Shown: in pieces, positions 35,240 through 45,316 of the stretch | How the letters are laid out: each line of letters opens with the position of its first letter | Numbering within the stretch: the first letter of the stretch is position 1 | Source of the DNA: Vicugna vicugna | Taxonomy: Eukaryota | Assembly: GCA_013265495.1 (NCBI GenBank) | Contig: MU058065.1 | Location: 5,890,302-5,954,301 of the forward strand | DNA: 64,000 bases | Direction: 5' to 3' | The notes under the pieces: generated by a model | What the model saw: the letters and a program-made list of their open reading frames with translations, nothing else | The model's database searches: none | What the model was told of the DNA's origin: nothing | Position numbers and translations under genes: made by a program

Positions 35240-38200
35240 GAAAGTTGGGGGTGGAGAGAGGGAGGTGATTCCTTAGGAGAAAGTGTCTCACACTTCCTGG
35301 AAGCAGTTTCATGGTAGCAGGGCTCAGAAGGGAGGTTGGCTTTGAGTTCGAATTACTACTATTAATCACCATAGGTTTTAATGTGCAAATCATGCCTTAG
35401 TGTTTTCAAAGCACTCTTTACATCTTCAGCCTCATTTGATTCTCATAACAGCATCATTATTAAATTCCCGCTTGATCACATAATACATGCCAAGCACTGT
35501 GCTAAGAAACTTACATGCATTGGCTCCTGTCATTCTCTCAACAACTCTCTGAAGTTAGTCATTTCATAGATGAGAAAACTGAAGCTTGGCAAGTTTAATT
35601 AAATTTCCCTTGGTCACAGAGCTAGTAAGAACAGGGACTCAAATACTGAGCTGGGCAGAAGGCAAACTCCTGCACCCCAGCCAGTCTCTGGATTCCTCCA
35701 CCTTGTGGTCGCTGTGCACTTTAGGGAAAGTGGAAATTCAAATCACACTCTGGTTTCTGGGGTGGGTCTGTCAGACTGGCCCAAGTGTTAGCTCATTCCA
35801 TCCTTTCACCATGATATCACTAGAGATGTGAAGACTCAGAAGTTGGAGCACACGCCCAGCCTCCATGGCCCGGAGACCTGCTCAAGGGATGGGCAGGCGA
35901 CCTTTCCCACCAAAACCACCAGACCAAGGTGTGTGAGGCCTGTGCCCTGTCCACACTGCACATGTCTGGTAGACAGAGCAATTGGGAAGGAAATGAGTTT
36001 TAGGGCTATAGGTAGGAGCTGTCAGAAGTCCTATGAATAGAATGAAGACAGGGCCTGTCTGATTTCAGCCAGAAGCAACCCCATGATCCATTAGTGATGT
36101 CTGCAAAGGGAGGGGAGTGGGAAGCACACCTTCTATTTGCTATCCCCAACTTAATCTTTGTCTTCTAGGGGCAAGCTCCAAGAGAAACTGCCACTGTTTT
36201 TCCCTAGGGTGAGAGTCCTTCATGGATTTTGGGCCTCTTCTCTTCTTCCCTGGGCCCTTTCACCCTTTTCTCTTCACCTTTGACTCCTGGCTTCCCTCCC
36301 CTCAGAGCCCAGTGACCAAGGTGAACAGGGAGCAATGCTTGAACTCTGAAGTGGTTTCAGAGGCCCTGAACCAAGAGGTGACCAACCCCAGCAAGGCCTT
36401 GCTGTGTGTGTTTTGGTGAGGGGGGCTGGCCTTGTCCAGGAAGGCTGAGCCAGCCAAGAGTCTGTTTAAAGAGGGAGGCAAGGTGAAGGAAGGGACAGGT
36501 GTTGGCTGATAAGGAATGACAGGACTCCACTGAGCCTGATGGAGAACCTTCAGGAAGAGAGGGCCTGGAGGATAGGAAAGAACAGAGCTTTCAGTACAGA
36601 CAAAGCCAGCCCAATCCTGGCTCTGTCGCTGCCCAGCTGTGACCTTGGACACATTATCCAAGCCCTTCAAGTCCCTTCTTCCACAGCTGTGAAATGGGGA
36701 TGGTAGTCATGGTGACCCTCAGGGATTGATGTAAGAATTAAAGACAACTGTATGAAAAACGCCTTGGCTGCCAGTGGTTGCTGGATTCTAAGGGAGATTC
36801 TTCCTTTTGCCCACTGGAGGGTGCCCCCACAAGCATCTTTACACAGACACCTTTACACAGATTGCAGAAATGTGAGATACAGGGGTTGCGGGTCTCCAGT
36901 GGCCTGGTGTTCTGTAAGATCAAGCACAGGCACAGAGCTCGAAGGACCTGCAGAAATCTACTTCAGAACTTGTCTAACTTAAAAAGTATATACACAAGCC
37001 CTGTTTTTCTAAGAAAATCTTCAGTATGACATGACCCTAATCCTCCCCTCACCCACCCATCCGTATGTATTATACGTACATACATAAAGATTTTGTCCTA
37101 AAATGAAGTGGGAGAGACGTAGCCAGAGCACCTTACATTCAGCCTCCCCCTTGCTCTTCTCTTGGTGTCGAGGAATTCACCTGAGTAAAGCTTTCAGGCA
37201 TCTCTTGGGACCCTTAAGTTCTTTGGCGCCAGGAGAGAAAATCTCCCATCTAATAGGTATCTACCCGTCTTTACAGATGAGAAACTGAATGGGCAGGTGT
37301 GGAGCAGAACTAGACCAAGTGTCCTGACTCCCAGCCGTCCCTCTGCACTGCCCACACCCTTCCTCCCAGGGACCCTGGTAGAGGTTGGGCTGCTTCACAC
37401 CTCAGACTTTTTTATTCAAGGATTGCCTGAGGAGGTGACTACTTGAACTTTAACCTAAAGAACACAAAGAAACAGCCAGGGGGAGAGCTGGAGGAAGAGT
37501 CCGGAAGGCGGGGAGAAGCAAATACAGTCGCCCTTAGGTGTGATGGTAGAACTTTCAGGGCAATGGACAGTATGGCCTGCGGCAGGAGAGGAGCTTGGAG
37601 ATGAGGCCCAGGACTACTCAAGGTTTTTTTTTTCAAACATTTTTTTATTGAGTTATAGTCATTGTACAATGCTGTGTCAAAGTCCAGTGTAGAGCACAAT
37701 TTTTCAGTTATACATGAACATACATATATTCATTGTCACATTTTTTTTCGCTGTGAGCTCAAGGTTTATAATCTACAGACAGCCTCTGGGTTTGATTCAA
37801 AATGCAGTGGGAAGTCATCAGGGGATTTTAAAGGAAAGAACAGGAAAATATGATAAATATTTTCTAAAGTTACACTGATGCTGATGGAAAAATAGATTAT
37901 GAAATGGACAAGAAGAGAAGCAAGTAGACCTTTTTGGGGCTACTGAGTTATCCAGACAGGATCTGTTGGTACCTCAGACTAAGATCGGGGCAGCGTTGCT
38001 GAGAACCTCCACCTGGGCTCTGTCTGGAGGCGGCCTGCTCCTCAGAGGCACTCCAGCCCTTCACCCTTTTCAGAGACACTAGTCCCATCCCTGTCACCAT
38101 GGCAGCAGAGCTTCCTTAGCTCGTATTGGCTGCTGGACCACATTATCGGTCCTGTGACTGACCCTGTGATGAGGACTGGTTACCATGGTTCTATCAAGTA

Positions 38201-38750
38201 TGTAAACAAGGAGCTGCCAGTCTCCTCCAGGCTCAGGGGACGAACCAGCCCTGTGTCTAACAGAAAATCTGTGGTAGGAGATGGGACTAGAGACAGGGGC
38301 CAGGGGAGGGCCTGCAGTCTGACAGTTTCTGAGCCACTAGTCTCAGGGCCTATTCAGATCAAGACTGCTATTGAGATTCCTTCTGAATTTGGTTGAGGTG
38401 GGGTGGGTGAGGGAGTAGCAACACCTACCTCATTGCATTCACTGAAAATTGCTAGTTTCTTCCCATTTTAGGGTGTTCTTGAGCTGTTCCCTACTCTGAG
38501 TCACAACCTTGCAGCTGATTAAGGCCTCAGGGGAAGCCTCCCATCCTCCACACCTTCCCTGGTGCTTTCCAGAAGGGCAATTTCAGGCTGATCCAAATAT
38601 GGGTTATTAAAGCCAATTTCCAAGAAAACTCTTTCTACAGACTTGTCTAGAAGTAGGATGGGCGGGGCTTGGACCTGACCAGCGTCTCAGAGGTGAGAAA
38701 AGTGGGATCCGAACACAGGGGAGCTTGGGGTATGGAGGACAGAGAGCACA
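35240..38750 (+). pseudogene. Decayed RESP18-like copy A (PTPRN exon 4 / DNPEP exon 12-15 chimera), 5'-truncated
   Basis: Exon 3-like 35811-35928 (acceptor deleted); 40-nt exon 4-like 36169-36208 (GKLQEKLPLFFPR); 90-nt exon 5-like 36306-36395 (SPVTKVNREQCLNSEVVSEALNQEVTNPSK, GT donor lost); DNPEP exon 14 remnant ~38001-38075; terminal exon 38472-38522 (GVLELFPTLSHNLAAD*); ATTAAA 38606-38611. No exon 1 or 2 homologue found upstream. Confidence 0.88.
37627..37757 (-). mobile_element. Young L1 3' end inserted in pseudogene copy A
   Basis: Same 3'UTR family as the 3071 element; 10-bp TSD CTCAAGGTTT at 37617-37626 and 37758-37767. Confidence 0.8.
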
Positions 38751-39260
38751 GCCCCTGGTTGCCCTGCAGGCCTGGCTTCAGATCCCTTCCTCCTCCCACA
38801 GCCCATTTCTAAGGCAGGTTAGAGGCAAGGTGGAACTGCAGCCAGAGCAGCAGCCATCCCTACTCACAGCCTTCAGATGCGTCTCCTTGGTCTTCCTTCC
38901 ATTTGTGGAAGGAAAATGTTCTCTCCAGAGCCCAAGTCTGAAAGGCCTGGTATGTTGCTCTGCCTTTTGAGGTTCACGGTATCCTCTGAGCATTGGGGTC
39001 CCCTACAGAGCAGTCATGCCAGTCCTGGCCCCAAGAAACCACACAGAGAATAATGCAGCTAAAGGCTATGCACATTTAACAGGCTGATATCTGTGGCCGG
39101 TTTGCCACATTTCCTGGGAGGCAGGAAATTAGTCACCATTGCTCAACACAGCCGAACTCCAGCTGTCGCGTGTTCCAGGATTTACATTTCTCAAAGCACC
39201 TTCACACTCAGTTCATTTGATCCTTGCAAATAGGAGCACATGGAAAAGTATCAAGACCAC

Positions 39261-39621
39261 TGTCTTAATCTGTTTGGGCTGCTATAACAAAATACCATAA
39301 ACCTGGTGGCTTGTAAACAACGGAAATTTATTTCTCATAATTCTAGAGGCTGGGAAGACCAAGATTAAAGCCCTGGCAGATTAGGTGTCTGGTGAGGGCC
39401 TGCTTCTTGGCTCATAGATGGCACCATCTTGCTGTAACTTCACATGGTGGAAGGGTGAGAGCTCTCTCTAGGGCGCCTTTTATAAAGGCACTAATTTCAT
39501 TCATGGGGGCTTCATCCTCATGACCTAATCACTCCCAAAGTCCCCACCTCCAAATACTATCACCTTGGGGGTTAGGATTTCAACATATAAATTTGGGGGG
39601 ATATAAACATTCAGACCATAG
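39261..39621 (-). mobile_element. MaLR solo LTR (MLT1A/MST-type)
   Basis: TGTCTTAATCTGTTTGGGCTGCTATAACAAAATACC...TTAGGATTTCAACATATAAATTTGGGGG...AACATTCAGACCATAGCA. Confidence 0.85.
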
Positions 39622-40282
39622 CATCCACCCACTTATAGAGCCCAGAGAAATTAAGAGACACTCCTCTGGTAATACAGACTTCATCATGCTGCCAGTACAT
39701 GTCCCCTTCCCCATAACCTTGCATCTAAGGACATAGCTAAATATAATACTCATCATATTTACTATCTCTAGTTCTTATTAGTGAGGTTGACCCCTACCAC
39801 CCATCTTACTTTTTCCCATCATGTGTTTACTTTGCCTGGCCACTGGGATACATGGTTCCTGCCTCAAGGCAATTGAAGACTAGCGAGGGAAGTAAATCAT
39901 AGATATAACACATTTATGCAATAGATACTTATTGAACACATGTGTAATTGACCCCATAGGATCCCTGCTTTGTGTCTCCTACCCAGTCTCTGAGCTCATA
40001 AGCAGCTGGACAGTGTCTGCATGTGCTGACACCTTCCCACCTCAAGCCATGGGATTTCTCATCCAGTGGATTCTCTGGAATGCCTGGAAACTTGCCTACT
40101 TATGCTCAAGACAGTCTTGAATTATCTGGGATTTAACACCCTCAGAGGCAGCCCTCAAACAGGTAAGGTCTTAGTTTAGTAGTAAATGTCCCAACATATC
40201 CTGTTCTTGTTGGAGTCAATCTGAGACAATTTCTACAGACGCTCAGGTGTCTCCAGCAGGGTATACTCCCAGTTTCTTACTG

Positions 40283-40660
40283 TGAAGGATAACTTTCTAT
40301 GTCAGTTTGCCTGGGTTAAGGGATGCCCACATAGCTGGTAGAGCATTATTTCTGAGTGTATCTGTGATGATATCTCTGGAAGAGATTAACATTTGAAACA
40401 GCAGATTGATAAAGAAGATCACCAATGCAGATGGGCATTATTCAATCCGCAGAGGACCTGAATAGAATAAAAAAGTGGAAGAAGGGCAATTTGCTCTCTC
40501 TACTTGCGCTGAGATAGCCATCTTTCCCTGCTCCTGGACATCAGTGCCTCTGGTTCTTGGGCCTTTGGACCCAGACTGAATTACAGCACCAGCTCTCCTG
40601 GTTCTGTGCTTGCAGGTGGCAGAATACGGGACTTCTCAACCTCCACAATTGTGTGCTTGA
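40283..40660 (+). mobile_element. MLT2-type (ERVL) LTR fragment
   Basis: TATGTCAGTTTGCCTGGGTTAAGGGATGCCC...GGGACTTCTCAACCTCCACAATTGTGTG. Confidence 0.7.
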
Positions 40661-40679
40661 CCTTTCCTTCCTTATTTTG

Positions 40680-41780
40680 AATTATTGAAACAGTTTTAAG
40701 TGTTCTAGTTTAATGTATCAATTGTGGTTTTTACTATCTTTCTATAGTTTTTTATGTGGTTGCTCTGAGGATCAGAGTATACATAAGTTTTCGCAGTCTA
40801 CTTATAATCACTGTTTCACCATTTCAAGTGGAATGGTAGAAATCTCACCAGCATACAGTTCCCATTACTCTCCCACAATTCTGTTGTAGTTGTCAACCAG
40901 AATCAGTAACATCTTTATACATTGAAGCCTTTATCAGACAATGTTATAATTTTTGCTTCCAACCATCATACATGTTTTAAATGATTCTAGAGGAAACAAA
41001 TAGTATACAATACTCATCCAGATATTTCCCACTTCTATTGTTCCTCCTTCATCCTGACATTTCAAATTTCCTTCAGATACTGTTTCCCTTTATCCGAAGA
41101 ACTTCCTTCAGCAATTCTTGTAGCGCAGGTATGCTTGCAATTAATTAATTTTTCTTCATCTTAATTTCACTTTCATTCCTGAAGTGTATTTTACTGGATA
41201 TAAAATCCTGGGTTAACAGCTCATTTCTTCACCGCTCAAAATATGTTATTACACTTCCTTCTGGGCCCCATGGTTTATAATGAAAAATCCACTGTCATTT
41301 GGATTATAGTTCTCCTTTAAGTGATGTGCTATTTTTCCTCCCTGGATTTTTTCAAGATTTTTTTCTTTGTTTTTAGTTTTTAGATGTCTGACTATGATGT
41401 ATCAGGACACGGATTTTTTTCAGGTTTATCCTGTTTGGAATTCACTGAACTTATTGACTCTATAAATTCATGATTTTGACAAATTTGGGAAGTTTTCAGC
41501 CATGATTTCTTCAAGTTTTTTTTTTCTTAATATACTACTTTTTTCCTCCTCTCCTTCAGGGACTCCAGCAACATGAATGTTAGACTCTGTGTATTCTCCC
41601 ACAGGTCTATGAGGCTCTGCTAACTTCCCCCCCCAATATTTTGTCTCTGTTGTTCTGATTGCATCATGTCTATTGATCCATCTTTAAGTTAACTAACACT
41701 TTCCTTTGTCATTCTTATTTTGTTGTTGAACTTACCTAGTGAATTTTTATTTTTGTTATTGTATTTTCCATTTCTATATA
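40680..41780 (-). mobile_element. Old L1M fragment (ORF1 region)
   Basis: Antisense L1 motifs (AAATTTGGGAAGTTTTCAGCCATGATTTCTTCAA, CCCACAGGTCTATGAGGCTCTG). Confidence 0.75.
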
Positions 41781-41841
41781 GCACATTAGAAGAACAAACA
41801 GAACAGCTAGTAGGAGGAGATGTGATTGGAGAAGTAAGCTC

Positions 41842-42028
41842 AAACAACAAGTTTATACTGTATAGCACAGGGAACCATATTCAATATCTTGTAGTAACTT
41901 ATGGTGAAAAAGAATATTAAAGTGAATATATGTATGTTCCTATATGACTGAAGTATTGTGCTGTACACCAGATATTGACACAACATTGTAAACTGACTAT
42001 ACTTCAATAAAAAAATATTAAAAAAAAG
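41842..42028 (+). mobile_element. Artiodactyl-type L1 3' end
   Basis: ACTGTATAGCACAGGGAACCATATTCAATATCTTGTAGTAAC...ACAACATTGTAAACTGACTATACTTCAATAAAAAA. Confidence 0.82.
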
Positions 42029-42039
42029 TAATCCCAGAA

Positions 42040-42920
42040 CTGACCACATAGAGTCTTGCAGGTAATAGTAAAGAGTCTAGATCTTACACAAAGGACAGAA
42101 GAAGATCATTAGGGCTTTTAAGGAAATGAGTAGAATAATGATGCAAAAATTTTAAAGACCAGCTTAGTACTGTTGGAGAATGTATTGACAGAGGGCAAGA
42201 GTGGAACAGATAGATCTGTTAGGAAGTATTATTTTGGTCCAGGGAATACTGCAGTAGTTTGAACTGGGCAACCACACAGAGCCAAGAACCTCCAGCTGGC
42301 CATGGACTTTACCCAGAGGAGCCTGAGCCTCAAGGGGAATGCTCTCCAAGGAAACAGCTTCTGACTTCTGTCACCATGGCAACTGTGCTTCATTTGCCCA
42401 GAATGGTTGCTGGGGTGACACATCAGCACTGAGTGACTGATCACCACAATAAGAACTGGTTACCATGGTATAAAGTCTGCAAACAAAAAGCTGCCATTCT
42501 TCTCCAGGTTAGAGTTCTTGACTAGCTATAAATCTAAGAGAAAATCAGGAGCTGGAGAGAAGATCAGGGCCAGAGAGCCAAGGGGAGGCCAGCTGTGGGG
42601 CAGTTGCTGAGTCATTTTGCCTCAGAACTTGCCCAAATCAAGACAGCTATTAGAGGGGAAAGGGGAGTTTACATTGTAGAGAGGGAGTACTCCAGCACAT
42701 ATACACACAAATTACAAATTCCACATTTCCTTCCATTTTAGGGCTTCTTTGAACTGTTTCCTTCTCCAAGCAAAACTTTGTAGCTGACTGAAGCATCGCT
42801 ATCCTCCACCCACTGCACTGCCATTTAGAGGGGCAGGTCTAAGACAACTTGCTTCAGAATTTTTAATGTGGGTTTTGGTCAAAATCCTTCTTGTGGGCTT
42901 GTCTGATGGCAGGAAATGTG
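42040..42920 (+). pseudogene. Decayed copy B: 3' fragment of the RESP18/DNPEP-derived unit
   Basis: DNPEP exon 14 remnant ~42281-42350 (AACCTCCAGCTGGCCATGGAC), intron 14-like sequence, and terminal exon 42742-42791 (GGCTTCTTTGAACTGTTTCCTTCT... = GFFELFPS) with a 1-nt deletion and degenerate poly(A) signal; flanked by L1 sequence on both sides. Confidence 0.85.
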
Positions 42921-43930
42921 GGCCCTAATAATTAAAACACAAAAAAGTAATGCTTAGAGGGAAAATATAGATTTACTTGCGTTTATTGTAAAGAAAAAAA
43001 AATTGAGTCAATGATCTAAGCTACTAACTCAAGAAGCTAGAAAAAGATAAGCAAAACTCAAAGAAAATAGAAGGAGATAATAGTAAAGAATGGACATCAA
43101 AAAAATGGGTAAACAATAGAGAAAAACCAATAAAACCAAAAGTCAGTTCTTTAAAAAGATCAATAGCATTTGTAAATCGCTAGCTACACTGATGAAGAAA
43201 AAGAGAGGAAAAATATGAAGTATCAAAATCATGAATTTAAAAAGTGAAATCACTTCAAATTTCTACAGCCATTAAAATGATAAATATTATGAATATCTTT
43301 ATGCTAACAAATGTGATAACTTAAATGTTAGAGACAAATTTCTTGAAAAATTCAAGTTTCCAAAACAGACATGAAAAGAAATAGAACAACTGAATAGCTA
43401 AAGAGATTGAAATTGTAATAAAACTTTCTCACAAAGAAACTCCAGGCCCAAAGAGGTGAGACGTATAGCTCAGTGGTAGAGCCCATGCTTGGCATGCATG
43501 AGGTCTTGGATTCAATCCCCAGTGCCTCCATTAATGGGGGGAAAAAAGAATCTCCAGGCCCATACACTCAAACAAGTAATATCAATCATACAGAAACTCT
43601 TTCAGAACATAACAAAAGAGGAATGCTTTCTGACTGATTTTATGAGGTCAGGATAATCAAACATTTGGAAGAAAGCATAGGAGAAAAATCTTTGTGAATT
43701 TGGGATAGGCAAACATTTCTAAGAACACAGAAAGCATTAGTGATAAAAAATAAAGTCAATAAATTGGACTTCCTCAAAATTAAAATACTTTGCTCTTCAA
43801 AAACACTATTAAGAAAATTAAAATTAAGTGCTCAGAATTGGGGAAAATATCCATAAAGCATTAACCTGTTAAAGAAGTTGTAACCAGAAGTACTAGAGAA
43901 TTATGTCAATTATGGAATAGTAAATATTTT
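42920..43930 (+). mobile_element. Old L1 ORF2 fragments
   Basis: A-rich sense L1 ORF2 motifs (AAAGTCAGTTCTTTAAAAAGATCAATA, AAATTGGACTTCCTCAAAATTAAAA). Confidence 0.78.
43453..43544 (+). mobile_element. Camelid tRNA-derived SINE inserted into L1
   Basis: tRNA-like head; 18-bp TSD AAAGAA(A/T)CTCCAGGCCCA at 43433-43450 and 43545-43562. Confidence 0.88.
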
Positions 43931-43937
43931 TAAACAA

Positions 43938-44412
43938 TTGTGTTCATTTTCAATTGCTGCTGTAACAAATCACCTCAAATCTAGTGGCTTGAACAACACA
44001 AATTTGTTATCTTACAGTTCTGAAAGTCATAAGTCTAAAATCAATATCAAAATGTCAGCAGGGCTGTGCTCCTTCTGGGGGCTTAAAGGGAGAATATATT
44101 TCCTTGTCTTTTTCAGCTTCTAGAGGTTGTTTGCATTCCCTGGCTTGAGGCCCCTTTCTCGTACCACTCCAACCTCTTGCTTCCAATATTATAACTCTGA
44201 CTACTGATTGTGACCCCTCTACTTCTCTTTTCTAAAGACTTTGTGATTATATTGGGCATACCAGAAAATCCAAGAAACTCCCCATCTGAAGTGAACCACA
44301 TTCTAAGTTTAATCACACCTGCAAAATCCCTTTTACCATGTGAAGTAACATATTCACAGGTTCTAGAGATTTGAATGTGGACATCTGTGGGAGCCGTTAT
44401 TCAGCCTAAAAC
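43938..44412 (-). mobile_element. MaLR solo LTR (MLT1-type)
   Basis: TTGCTGCTGTAACAAATCACC...CAAAATCCCTTTTACCATGTGAAGTAACATATTCACAGGTTCTAGAGATT. Confidence 0.82.
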
Positions 44413-45316
44413 AGATATCATAATGCTATTGTGATTATGCAGAAAATTCATTCATTCTAAAAGATGTATATTGAATTTTTTAGGTGTGAAATGTCATGAT
44501 GTCTGTAAATTACTTTCAAATACTTCAGCAAGAAAAAGAAGCAATTGTGACAAAATCTTATTAATTGTTAAATCTGAGTGGTAAATATATTAATGTTCAT
44601 TTGAGTCTTCTCTCTTTTTATATTTGAAAATGTTCATAATAAAATTTTAAGCTTAATAAAAAAAAGATTGAAATGTCAGTCTAGAGTTTAGGAAGCCTGT
44701 AACTAAATTAAGTGGAAGCAAGGGATCAGTTAGTTAGCTAGTTATTACAATAGCTCTATTAAAAAGAGTACAGTGGTTTGATCCCAGGCTATGGCAGTGG
44801 ATGTGGAGAAGTAGATGGATGTGCTTATTCTTAGCAGGTCAAACCCATGATTGCTGAAGGGTTTTAGATGGGTGAGGGCAAAGTTAGCATCAAGATAATA
44901 AAAATAGACTAGATTCATTGAGTGCCGGCTACCCAGTTGCTGTTCATTTTTAATCTTCACAGCAAACCTATGAGTTAGGTACAAATCGCACCTGCGTTTC
45001 ACATGCAGTCCATTTCTCCAACCTTGGGACTGGGAGTAGAGGCAGCAGTCCTTGGCATACGATTTATGTAAAAAAGGAGTGGGTTCCTGGGGATGGGGTG
45101 TGGTGGGATGGTTGTGGGGGCGGTAGGGGAAGTAGGGGCTGGATAGGAGTCCGCAGGGGCAGGGCCCGCCAGTGATTGGTCCAGCTGCCAAGGGAGGGTT
45201 GTGCAGATCCCGTTTCGCTAGCGGGTGGGAAGCCACAGCCCCGCTCAGTCCCTCAGGCAGCTGTCCCTACCTTCTCTGCGACTTAGGTGGGGAGCCAGCG
45301 CGCCAAGCCCAGGAGG

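Noticed and set aside
35811..38522. Copy A as a functional second RESP18 gene
   Set aside because: No promoter or exons 1-2 found, exon 3 acceptor deleted and exon 5 GT donor lost.
36169..42791. DNPEP-like pieces as processed (retro) pseudogenes or assembly duplication
   Set aside because: Introns are retained, the copies are substantially diverged and they carry private insertions, indicating old DNA-level tandem duplication.
45287..45316. N-terminal extension of RESP18 upstream of the ATG at 45317
   Set aside because: The ORF track starts at GTG directly after an in-frame TAG (45284-45286); there is no upstream in-frame ATG, and 45317 is homologous to the PTPRN start.
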